Below are positions 7,349 to 15,712 of a stretch of DNA of 16,671 nt, in pieces. A program made the position numbers and the translations under genes. The notes below the pieces were generated by a model that saw only the letters and a list, made by a program, of their open reading frames with translations, had not been told where the DNA came from and did not search any database. Source of the DNA: Promethearchaeota archaeon (GTDB taxonomy: Archaea; Asgardarchaeota; Lokiarchaeia; Sigyniarchaeales; SOKP01); NCBI GenBank assembly GCA_048938005.1, contig JBHLMQ010000027.1, forward strand, positions 1 to 16,671. Direction: 5' to 3'. Within the stretch, counting starts at the first letter, position 1, and each line of letters begins with the position of its first letter.

Positions 7349-7699
7349 TTATAAATATATATTGAGTTTATCAACATCTTTTTGAATTCTTAAAATGCGC
7401 TTTTCTTGACCCTCTTCATCGAATCCTTGTATATCTTCTTCTAAATTTAACTGCTCTTCTTCATACGCTTTTTCAATTTCCATTCCGTATCTCATGGCAA
7501 AAGCCACTAATTCTGGAATTAGAGAGATCATGGCTCTGAAACTAAAAATTCCAGATAACACTGAAAGTCTATGTATCATTTCACCAAAAGGATCCATTTC
7601 CATTTCTGGTTTTCTCATTATTTCCAATATTCTTTTGAATAAAACTTCGTAGAATAACTCCTGTTCTTCTTTACTTAATTTTTCTTCTTCCTCTTCCAT
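7349..7699 (-). CDS. Small acidic helical hypothetical protein with a C-terminal HbYX-like motif (IYL)
   Basis: 116-aa ORF with an ATG start, amphipathic helical core, acidic linker and ...KLNIYL-stop. Confidence 0.7.
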   Translation of the reverse strand: MEEEEEKLSKEEQELFYEVLFKRILEIMRKPEMEMDPFGEMIHRLSVLSGIFSFRAMISLIPELVAFAMRYGMEIEKAYEEEQLNLEEDIQGFDEEGQEKRILRIQKDVDKLNIYL

Positions 7700-7802
7700 T
7701 ATTAATACCTTGAGTTTTATATAATATTATTAAATTAAGAAATAAATTTAATTGATTTTAATTAGAATTATCTTATAGAAATGTTTTAAAAAATTAGTAT
7801 TC

Positions 7803-8879
7803 ATGAATGCTCGTGAGCGATATCTTGCTGTTTTTGATGATAAAGCACGAAAAAATCTAGATAAAATTCCTACTCATGTTCAATACATAAGAGAGGAATT
7901 TATTTCAAAATATAAAAATGAGATTACAAAAAATTATGATGGAAAAAAATTTAATAATGAATATTTTGATATACCTCTCGCATTAGGATTTGAATCAATT
8001 TTTGCACCATTTCCTCCGAGTTTTAAAATCAAATCACTTAGACTTCGTGATGAAAATGGAAGATTAGTTATAATTAAGGAAACTGGTCAGGCAATGAAAC
8101 AAAAATCAACCTATTATGAAGGAGGTTTTATACATTCTAACGTAATCTTAAATGAGTTATGGACAAATTTAAAAGAAGTTGATAACAGCAAAAATATTCT
8201 AAAAGTAATTACGCAATATGAAAAACTGGCTCCATTTATTTTTCCAGTATTAATAGTAGAGGGTTTATTTGATAGAGTTTGGAGAAGTATGGGGATGTCT
8301 TTATTTAGCCGTAATTTCCATAAAAAGACAAAACTATATCAAAAATTAATAAAGTTCTATGCCGAATTAACTGAACTAAATATTGAGGGACTAATTAGCG
8401 CAACGGGAAATAGAGGGAAAGTAATTACATTATTAGATGATGTAGCATTTAAAGGACGCCTGATGATATCAAAAGAACGCTGGAACCAAGATTTTCTACC
8501 TTATTATAAAGAGATTCTTTCGATAATTTCAGATGCGAAATTAATTCCTCAAATTCATACTGACGGTGACCCCACAGAGTTAATTCCTTCTTTTCAGAAA
8601 GCAGGTTTTCGGGGATTACAAGGTTGGGAGGGAGGAGCGGATCCTCAGTTTATTAATGATAATTTCCCTGATTTTATAGTAATTGGTTTTGGTGATGTTA
8701 GTCATATTTTACCATATGGTAATAAAAATAAGGTTGAAGAGCATGTGAAACACTTGATGGATATCTTTAAAGAAAATAAACATTTTATAATAGGACCAAG
8801 TACCGTGATTTTTAAAGAAATACCACTACAGAATGTTATAGCCTTTATTAATGCTGCTAGAAAATATGGAAAATACTGA
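7803..8879 (+). CDS. Uroporphyrinogen decarboxylase/MtaA-CmuA superfamily protein (URO-D-like TIM barrel)
   Basis: MNARERYLAV...DKIP N-terminus, LDDVAFKGRLMIS, IHTDGD, FGDVSHILPYG..VEEHVKHL, HFIIGPS...IPLQNVIAF.AARKYG. Confidence 0.8.
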   Translation: MNARERYLAVFDDKARKNLDKIPTHVQYIREEFISKYKNEITKNYDGKKFNNEYFDIPLALGFESIFAPFPPSFKIKSLRLRDENGRLVIIKETGQAMKQKSTYYEGGFIHSNVILNELWTNLKEVDNSKNILKVITQYEKLAPFIFPVLIVEGLFDRVWRSMGMSLFSRNFHKKTKLYQKLIKFYAELTELNIEGLISATGNRGKVITLLDDVAFKGRLMISKERWNQDFLPYYKEILSIISDAKLIPQIHTDGDPTELIPSFQKAGFRGLQGWEGGADPQFINDNFPDFIVIGFGDVSHILPYGNKNKVEEHVKHLMDIFKENKHFIIGPSTVIFKEIPLQNVIAFINAARKYGKY

Positions 8880-8950
8880 TTTTCTAACATCAGAAATTAT
8901 TAAATGAACATAATATTAATTAGATTAAATTTAATTGTATTATAACGAAA

Positions 8951-9592
8951 ATGATCCTGTTAATTACTATAATTTTAGTACTTATTTTTATTTTAAACCT
9001 TATAACATATTGGATATTATTTTTAAAAGTAAAAGATAAGCAAAATAAATTGGTTAAGTTTTTTCTTAAAATTTTTCCAGTACTATGGACAATCTCTCTG
9101 ATTCCAATACCAATTTTAAATTCAAGCTTTTTAAATATATATTTTCCCCAAAATAATAGCTATTTTCATGAATATTGGATATATTTTGCCTTGCTTGGTA
9201 TATTTTTTGTTATAGTAGGAATAATTTTTGCCAATAAGGCAAATAAAGTGTATAAAGTTAAAGCATTAGATGAGTCTAGTTCCAAACTAATTACTACTGG
9301 AATCTTTAGAATTATAAGGCATCCAATATATTCAGCTTGGGGGATTATATTTCTTGGAGCTGCGATAATCTCAGATTCCTTCGTTTCTTTGATCATATGT
9401 TCATTGATTTTACTCATCTTAGAAGTTAATGCGATAATCGAAGAAAATTTAATCCTTATTCCAAAATATAGTAAAACTTATGAACAATATAAAGAAAAAA
9501 CGCCATATAGAATTATACCAACACCTTTAAATTTTTTATTAATAGTCATTGCGTTTATAATAGTCTATGTTGGTTTTTTGAATATCATTTAG
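8951..9592 (+). CDS. Isoprenylcysteine carboxyl methyltransferase (Ste14/ICMT/PEMT)-family membrane protein
   Basis: About 6 hydrophobic segments, the signature LITTGIFRIIRHPIY, and EE..L...Y...YEQYKEKTP. Confidence 0.85.
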   Translation: MILLITIILVLIFILNLITYWILFLKVKDKQNKLVKFFLKIFPVLWTISLIPIPILNSSFLNIYFPQNNSYFHEYWIYFALLGIFFVIVGIIFANKANKVYKVKALDESSSKLITTGIFRIIRHPIYSAWGIIFLGAAIISDSFVSLIICSLILLILEVNAIIEENLILIPKYSKTYEQYKEKTPYRIIPTPLNFLLIVIAFIIVYVGFLNII

Positions 9593-9743
9593 AATATTAG
9601 AAATTCCTTATATCTTCTTATAATTATATTAGCTCTCAGAAATAAGGAATAATATTTTATAAACTATAAAATAAAATACATAAGTCTCTCTATTATTAAA
9701 TTAGGACTACAAAATAATTCCTTACAATTAGGATCAAAAATTT

Positions 9744-9748
9744 GAGGT
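9744..9748 (+). promoter_or_regulatory. Shine-Dalgarno-like element of pfpI
   Basis: GAGGT ends 10 nt before the ATG at 9759. Confidence 0.4.
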
Positions 9749-9758
9749 ATAATAAAAC

Positions 9759-10271
9759 ATGAAAGAAAAAATAGCAATTCTTGCTACAGATGGATATGAA
9801 GATCTTGAACTTCATTATCCACGTATTAGATTAAATGAAGCAGGGTATAAAACTGAATTGATTAGTTTACATAGGAGAGAAATCAAAGGAAAGCATGGAT
9901 ACCCTATTAAACCCGATAAATTAATAAGGGAAGCAGATTCTGATGATTATGATGGTGTGATTATTCCTGGAGGTACAAAAAATCCTGATTATCTAAGAAG
10001 AGATAAGGATGTGCTAGACTTTGTAGCAAAAATTAATGATCAAGGAAAATTAGTGGCTGCTATTTGTCATGCAGGTTGGGTTTTAATATCGGCAAAAATT
10101 ATAAAGGGACGTAAGGCGACAAGTTATTTTGCGATAAAGGATGACATGATAAATGCTGGTGCAGTATTTGAAGATTCTCCTGTAGTAATAGATCAAAATT
10201 TAATTACATCACGAATGCCAGCTGACTTACCTGAATTTATGAAAGCTGTACTGGAATTTCTTGAAAAATAG
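9759..10271 (+). CDS. pfpI: PfpI/DJ-1 family intracellular protease/deglycase (class I glutamine amidotransferase-like)
   Basis: DGYEDLELHYP, IIPGG, nucleophile elbow AAICHAG, LITSR.P.DLP.F. Confidence 0.9.
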   Translation: MKEKIAILATDGYEDLELHYPRIRLNEAGYKTELISLHRREIKGKHGYPIKPDKLIREADSDDYDGVIIPGGTKNPDYLRRDKDVLDFVAKINDQGKLVAAICHAGWVLISAKIIKGRKATSYFAIKDDMINAGAVFEDSPVVIDQNLITSRMPADLPEFMKAVLEFLEK

Positions 10272-10288
10272 AAAAAGATTTGACTTAT

Positions 10289-11512
10289 TTAATATAGGGA
10301 TTTAACCCTTCTTACATCATCTTTAAGAATTTCAAGAAAGCTGGTTATTTGTTCCATTTGTTTATTGATTATTTCAATTTTTTTATCAATAATCTCTGAA
10401 TCCGATAAATCTTTTTTCTCTAATTCTTTTCTTACAATATTATAAGATCTAATCTGATTCAATATATTTTGCATTTTCTTTATCTTAATTTCGTATAGTT
10501 TCTTATATTTCTTTAGATCTTCGAGTTTTGTTTCGATACTTTCGACATAATTAAAACATTTATCAATATTTTCTTCTTTCTTTAAATTTTTAATAATCAT
10601 TTCAATGCTCATTAAATACGCTAGTACTAACTCTTGCTGTTTTTTATCTATGGCTTCAAATTTAATGCGTGCTTCTGAACTTATATCGTCGAGTATATCT
10701 GATGTGTATTTTATGTTAACTTTATGTGATGCTTTGCTTGACATTATATCTACATTATTAATATCATCTTTTGTCCCAAACTTATCAAGATCAGTTATTA
10801 ATTCTAACTCATCCAACTCTACTTTGGTAATTAACGGTGAGAATTTTACCTGTAATTTCTTATGTCCGAAATATTCGTCGTTTTGTCTTAATATTTGAGT
10901 ATACATTTGCATAAATTCTTGTCCAATAGGTGCAAATAAGACTCCCCCGTTATTATCGAGTTGTTTTAATAGAGGATGAATTTTTGATTGCTCAATTGCT
11001 CCAGTTACCAAAATTTTTTGCCAAGGACTTAATTCTGGCATTCCATTAAGCGGATTTTTAACAATTATTGAAATATTTGAATCTAACTTTAATCTCTTTA
11101 GATTATCAGAAGTAATTTTAGCGATTTCTGAGTTAGCTTCAAGAATTATTATTTCTCCCTTTGGTGCTAATTTATGCGCTAAAGCGGCTATATATCCACT
11201 TTTAGCTCCCAAAATTAATAAGTCATCATTCTCAGTTAAAGAAAGCCCCTGAAGCATTATCGTTATCATATGAGGGGCAGATATAGTCCTATAATTGTGA
11301 GGATTTTGTTCATCATAATAAAAAAGATTTGGTACATCCTCATAAAGTTTAACTAAATTAATGAATTTTTCTGGAATAAACTTTTCTAAAGGTACATCCA
11401 TAAAAGCTTGTATTAATCGCTTGTCTTTCAAGATTTCATTTAAAATTAATGAATCTAATAAGCGTTTTTTCTTTAACTTCAATCTTTCCTTTATTTTTTC
11501 GTTTCTGTCCAA
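10289..11512 (-). CDS. Protein-L-isoaspartate O-methyltransferase (PIMT/Pcm)-like protein with degenerate SAM motifs and a ~175-aa C-terminal extension
   Basis: AFMDVPLEKFIP, TISAPHM, LILGAKSGYIAAL, SPWQKILVTGA, LLKQLDNNGGVLFAPIG, VKFSPL. TTG start. Confidence 0.8.
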   Translation of the reverse strand: MDRNEKIKERLKLKKKRLLDSLILNEILKDKRLIQAFMDVPLEKFIPEKFINLVKLYEDVPNLFYYDEQNPHNYRTISAPHMITIMLQGLSLTENDDLLILGAKSGYIAALAHKLAPKGEIIILEANSEIAKITSDNLKRLKLDSNISIIVKNPLNGMPELSPWQKILVTGAIEQSKIHPLLKQLDNNGGVLFAPIGQEFMQMYTQILRQNDEYFGHKKLQVKFSPLITKVELDELELITDLDKFGTKDDINNVDIMSSKASHKVNIKYTSDILDDISSEARIKFEAIDKKQQELVLAYLMSIEMIIKNLKKEENIDKCFNYVESIETKLEDLKKYKKLYEIKIKKMQNILNQIRSYNIVRKELEKKDLSDSEIIDKKIEIINKQMEQITSFLEILKDDVRRVKSLY

Positions 11513-11610
11513 AGGTTATCTCAACTTTTTATATTAAAAAAATAATATTGTTATACTTTATTATACTTTTTTATAATATTTGCTAACTGTTTCAATTGTA
11601 TACTATTACT

Positions 11611-12198
11611 ATGATGGTTCTTGATATTGAAAATTTAAAAGAAGCTAAAGTAACTTTAACTTTAATTTTTATCAATATCTTGAGTTTTTTCTTATTTGCT
11701 TTTGCTTTTCCTGAGGATATAATAATGTTTTTTGTACAAATTAATAGAAATATTATCAATGAATATGAAATTTGGAGACTCATTACCCCTGTTTTTATTC
11801 ATGCTGATCCGATGCATCTCTTTTCAAATATGATTGCTCTGCTAATCTTCGGAGCTACAGTAGAAAATAATGATTATATATCTAAGATACAGTTTTTAAT
11901 TATCTATCTTATATCAGGTTTAATTGGTAATATCTTTTCATTATTACTTTTTCCTTTAGATACAATTAGTTTAGGTGCTTCAGGAGCAATTTTCGGTTTA
12001 ATAGGAGTTGCTTTTATAATGGTTGCAACAGATTTCCCTCCACTCTTACTTTTTGCTTTATTTTACATCGGATTTTTTATTATTACTTCATTTACTCCCG
12101 ATATTAATTATTGGGCTCATTTATTTGGTTTATTAGGAGGAATTCTTTTCGGGTACTTATTTTATATACGCAAAAGAAAAATTAGAATCGGTTATTAA
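11611..12198 (+). CDS. Rhomboid-family intramembrane serine protease
   Basis: WRLITPVFIH...HLFSNM, catalytic GASG, and WAHLFG. The start is placed at ATG 11611 (or 11614); the TTG at 11596 is possible. Confidence 0.92.
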   Translation: MMVLDIENLKEAKVTLTLIFINILSFFLFAFAFPEDIIMFFVQINRNIINEYEIWRLITPVFIHADPMHLFSNMIALLIFGATVENNDYISKIQFLIIYLISGLIGNIFSLLLFPLDTISLGASGAIFGLIGVAFIMVATDFPPLLLFALFYIGFFIITSFTPDINYWAHLFGLLGGILFGYLFYIRKRKIRIGY

Positions 12199-12225
12199 TT
12201 ATTTTTTGAATTATAAAGACTAATA

Positions 12226-12891
12226 TTATTTCTTCTTCCTATTTTTTATTGCTAATTCCATGGAAAAATCTTTTGGACAAGTATCATTTATTAGGCAAAT
12301 ATCGCATTTAGGTCGAATAGGTAAACATATTTGTTGTCCAAATCTTACAAATAATCGGTTCAATTTTAACCAAAGTTCTTTTGGAATTGTATTTTTTAAC
12401 TCTTTTTCTGTTTTAATAGGATTTTTAGTTTTTACCCAACCTAATCTATTCGAAATTCTATGTACATGGGTATCCACTGGGATTGCCGGTACTTTAAAAG
12501 CATAAACTAACACACAATTAGCAGTTTTACTCCCTACACCAGGTAAGCTAATCAATTCTTCATAATTATCGGGAACCTTACTTTGGTATTTTTCAATTAA
12601 CATTTTTGAGACATCCTTTATTCGAGCAGCTTTAACCTTATAAAACCCTGAAGATTTTACAAGCTGCTCAATTTCTTCAATATTGGCTTCAGCAATAGTT
12701 CTTGGAGTATTATATTTAGCAAATAGTTTCTCAGTGGCAATTCTAGTATTTGCATCTCTCGTCCGGGCGGATAATATTGTTGATATTAAAATTTTAAATG
12801 GATCCTGTTTTTTTCTAGCTAATTCATCTAAATGAGCTTCTCCTTCTAATTGTATTTCAATCTTATCTAAAATCTCTTTATAACTCATCAT
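12226..12891 (-). CDS. nth: Endonuclease III (HhH-GPD DNA glycosylase/AP lyase, 4Fe-4S)
   Basis: LISTILSARTRD, HhH LPGVGSKTA, IPVDTHVHRISNRLG, and the FCL motif C-x6-C-x2-C-x5-C (CLPIRPKCDICLINDTC). Confidence 0.95.
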   Translation of the reverse strand: MMSYKEILDKIEIQLEGEAHLDELARKKQDPFKILISTILSARTRDANTRIATEKLFAKYNTPRTIAEANIEEIEQLVKSSGFYKVKAARIKDVSKMLIEKYQSKVPDNYEELISLPGVGSKTANCVLVYAFKVPAIPVDTHVHRISNRLGWVKTKNPIKTEKELKNTIPKELWLKLNRLFVRFGQQICLPIRPKCDICLINDTCPKDFSMELAIKNRKKK

Positions 12892-12894
12892 TCC

Positions 12895-14301
12895 TCATTT
12901 TTTTTCTAAAACATAAAGTTTTCTTTTTATTATTTGCCCTTTCTTAGCATCTATCATGGTTTTTACATACTGTTTGCGAAATCTAAGTTTTGGATTAGAT
13001 TTAATATTTATCCTGTTGAGATCTAATATTGGTATCAGTTTAAAATTATTTTTATTAGCGATTTCTTCAATATTTGGTTGAATATCATCTCCGTCTACAG
13101 TACTAATAATTGGAGAAATAAAACACATTCTACAATTAGGTTTTAGGATTTTATATGCTTCCCTAAAAAATTCATCGTATAAGGGGATTAATTCTGTTTC
13201 AATTAATTCTTTAGCTTGAGTATAATAAGGTTTTTCAGTGTAAAATGGTCCTAATTCGGGTTCAGTGCAGATACCATCAAAAAAATAAGGATCAAAAAAA
13301 TTTGATAACTTTTTCGCATCATGGTTTGAAAATCTTTTGTTAATAAATGGAGGTATTTCTTCTTCCAATAAATCTAATAACCAATGAATATTACGTATTG
13401 TATTTTTAACTTTCTGATTATTATTATCTGACCCATAAATCTCAAAATCCTGCAATAAAGCAAATAATACGATTGTTCCATTTCCGACAAAGGGATCAAG
13501 GATTATCTTATTTTCTCTATGTTCAAACAAGTTCAGAAAATTCAACATCATTAGTGTTAGTTTTGGAGAAATAGCACTTTTAAATTCCTTATAAGGTCTT
13601 TCTTCATCAATCTTCTTTTTAAAATTAGGATCATCTGTAGTAAATGTTCTAGAAATGTACACACCTTCCTCTGTAAAGCCAAAAATTATTTCTGCTCTAT
13701 TTTCTTTGAGAAGTTCATATTTAATCAAATGATGTGGAAATATTGGATTCAGATTACCTGATTTTATGTTTTTTTCAGGATATTGATAATATAATGTTTT
13801 TATTGCTCCTTTTTGTTTAATTATTTCCATTATTTCTTTATTTAGAAACGGTAAAAAATGTTTAATCAAAATTTCCGAATAATATTTTTCATCATAAAGA
13901 TTGGGATAAATTGAAACGGCAAAAAACATACTCTCGTAAACTTTCGGAAAGATCCCCTTCCTTCCTATAATTAAATTATCAATAATATTAATGATCTTAT
14001 TCCTAGTTCTTTCTACAAATTTAAATTTATCTATTTGAGCTGGAAAGGCATCTTGGATGGTATTAATATCAATAAAATCATAAATTTTCGCAATTTTTTG
14101 GCATCCCCCTAAAATAAATTGAATCTCCATGAGTTTATTAATATACTGTCTATCTTGATGTAATTCCTCAAATTCAACTATTGCTATATTAGCAGAATAA
14201 TCTATGATTTTTCCTTTGTTTTGAGAATAGTTTAGGTAATTATCTAATTCTGCAATTGAGAGTTGCCAGTTTGATCCTAAAACGAATAAAAATCTTTCCA
14301 T
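12895..14301 (-). CDS. Trm11/TrmG10-like THUMP-domain SAM-dependent RNA methyltransferase
   Basis: N-terminal FVLGSNWQLSIAEL...LGGCQKIAK, DEERP....AISPKL, motif I LDPFVGNGTI, YGSD, and the N-methyltransferase motif variant TEPELGP. The substrate is inferred. Confidence 0.75.
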   Translation of the reverse strand: MERFLFVLGSNWQLSIAELDNYLNYSQNKGKIIDYSANIAIVEFEELHQDRQYINKLMEIQFILGGCQKIAKIYDFIDINTIQDAFPAQIDKFKFVERTRNKIINIIDNLIIGRKGIFPKVYESMFFAVSIYPNLYDEKYYSEILIKHFLPFLNKEIMEIIKQKGAIKTLYYQYPEKNIKSGNLNPIFPHHLIKYELLKENRAEIIFGFTEEGVYISRTFTTDDPNFKKKIDEERPYKEFKSAISPKLTLMMLNFLNLFEHRENKIILDPFVGNGTIVLFALLQDFEIYGSDNNNQKVKNTIRNIHWLLDLLEEEIPPFINKRFSNHDAKKLSNFFDPYFFDGICTEPELGPFYTEKPYYTQAKELIETELIPLYDEFFREAYKILKPNCRMCFISPIISTVDGDDIQPNIEEIANKNNFKLIPILDLNRINIKSNPKLRFRKQYVKTMIDAKKGQIIKRKLYVLEKK

Positions 14302-14359
14302 ATTTAGATGAAATCTATACCTAAGAAATAGAATAATAGATCCAATTTCTATTTTGGGA

Positions 14360-15613
14360 TTAATTCTTATCCTTCTTTTCCAGCCATTCTTTAAAAGCTA
14401 TTGTAGCTTTACCCCTCCAAATCGCCTTTTTGGGGAATTCCTTCTCAAATTCAATAACATCCTCTTCAGAATATTCTAATTTTGTCGCATCCCCAACTTT
14501 CTCAACTTCCCCTAAATCTATAGAAATTTCATACTTTTCACCAGTGATATCTCCTAAAGCATCCATAATTTCTTCAAGATCTTCTTTTTTTCTGACAAGA
14601 ACCGGAACTTTTTCTATTATTTCATCCTCACTAATTTCTTTTTTTTCCTCTTCTTTAATAGCTTTTTCATAGGCTTTCCTTTTCTCTAATCTTTCAAGTC
14701 TTAATTTTTTTATCTCCTTAATAATTTCTTTATAATTATCTTTAAAATATTTTAAACTTACATTAATAAGATCTGAAACATTATCCCATTTTTCCTGCTT
14801 AACAACATTTTCTGCCCAATAGTATAAATCCAGATTTAATTCAATTGTTACGGGTTTTCCTTCCGTATCTAAACTCCCCATTAAAAAACTTAAAATATTG
14901 GCTATTAGAATATCGTTATCAAAAGCAGAGAATCCATACTCGCGTGTAAGTGATGAAAATATACTAAGATTTCCAAAACCCACAACCTTACCTTTATAAT
15001 ATTCTACAACCACCATTAATGGAATTTTAGGGCAGTCTTCTTCAATCCAATTTTCTCCATCATACCGTTTACGCCACCCATTTAATCCAGATTGTAATAT
15101 CCATTCCAATTTTACATTCTTTTCATCTTCAATAAAATCCAAAATTTGTATAGAACAAGAGCTTGAAAAAACAATTCTTTTTATTTGTTCAGTAATTACA
15201 TGGGGTTTAAATCTAGTAATAATGGGCCTCTTCTGAAGATTAACATAATTCACTGAATCATATATCTCGTCTGATACAAATTCAAAACCGAATTTTCGTG
15301 TTAATTCATTTAGATTAGTTTTATTTGCTAAATCTCCTCCAGTAGAACTGGTAATTAAGAGACTCCCTCCATTTCTTACATAACTTTCGAGAGTTTTGAT
15401 TTCACTTTCCTTTAAGCTAATATTTTTCGGTGTTGAGAGAATTATTGTATTATATTTTTTCAAATCACCTAAAGAGGTAAAACCAGTTTCAATTTTGCCC
15501 AATTTATATCCCGATGTAAATAAGAATTGTGTAAATTCAGCAAAACTCGATGATTCAATCGTTAAAATATTATTATGACTATAATCTAGGCCAATTGCTG
15601 CTTTTCCATTCAA
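14360..15613 (-). CDS. Cytosolic GIFT (IFT52/GldG/DUF4350-like) domain protein fused to an RHH-like segment, coiled coil and C-terminal KKAIWRG motif
   Basis: IGLDYSHNN, IILSTP, EIKTLESYVRNGGSLLI...GGD...TNLNELTRKFGFEFVSD, HVIT, GKVVGFGNLSIFS, DNDILIANILSFL. No signal peptide. TTG start. Confidence 0.75.
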   Translation of the reverse strand: MNGKAAIGLDYSHNNILTIESSSFAEFTQFLFTSGYKLGKIETGFTSLGDLKKYNTIILSTPKNISLKESEIKTLESYVRNGGSLLITSSTGGDLANKTNLNELTRKFGFEFVSDEIYDSVNYVNLQKRPIITRFKPHVITEQIKRIVFSSSCSIQILDFIEDEKNVKLEWILQSGLNGWRKRYDGENWIEEDCPKIPLMVVVEYYKGKVVGFGNLSIFSSLTREYGFSAFDNDILIANILSFLMGSLDTEGKPVTIELNLDLYYWAENVVKQEKWDNVSDLINVSLKYFKDNYKEIIKEIKKLRLERLEKRKAYEKAIKEEEKKEISEDEIIEKVPVLVRKKEDLEEIMDALGDITGEKYEISIDLGEVEKVGDATKLEYSEEDVIEFEKEFPKKAIWRGKATIAFKEWLEKKDKN

Positions 15614-15712
15614 TTTTATTCATGCCTGTTAATATTAAATTCGAATAAAAATAAGTTCTCTCTTCCTACTTCTATATATGATATATTTCTTCTATTCTAT
15701 AAATAAAATTAT

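Noticed and set aside
14326-14354. Inverted repeat AAATAGAA / TTCTATTT between the GIFT gene and the Trm11-like gene
   Set aside because: An 8-bp AT-rich stem is too weak to call a terminator or operator.
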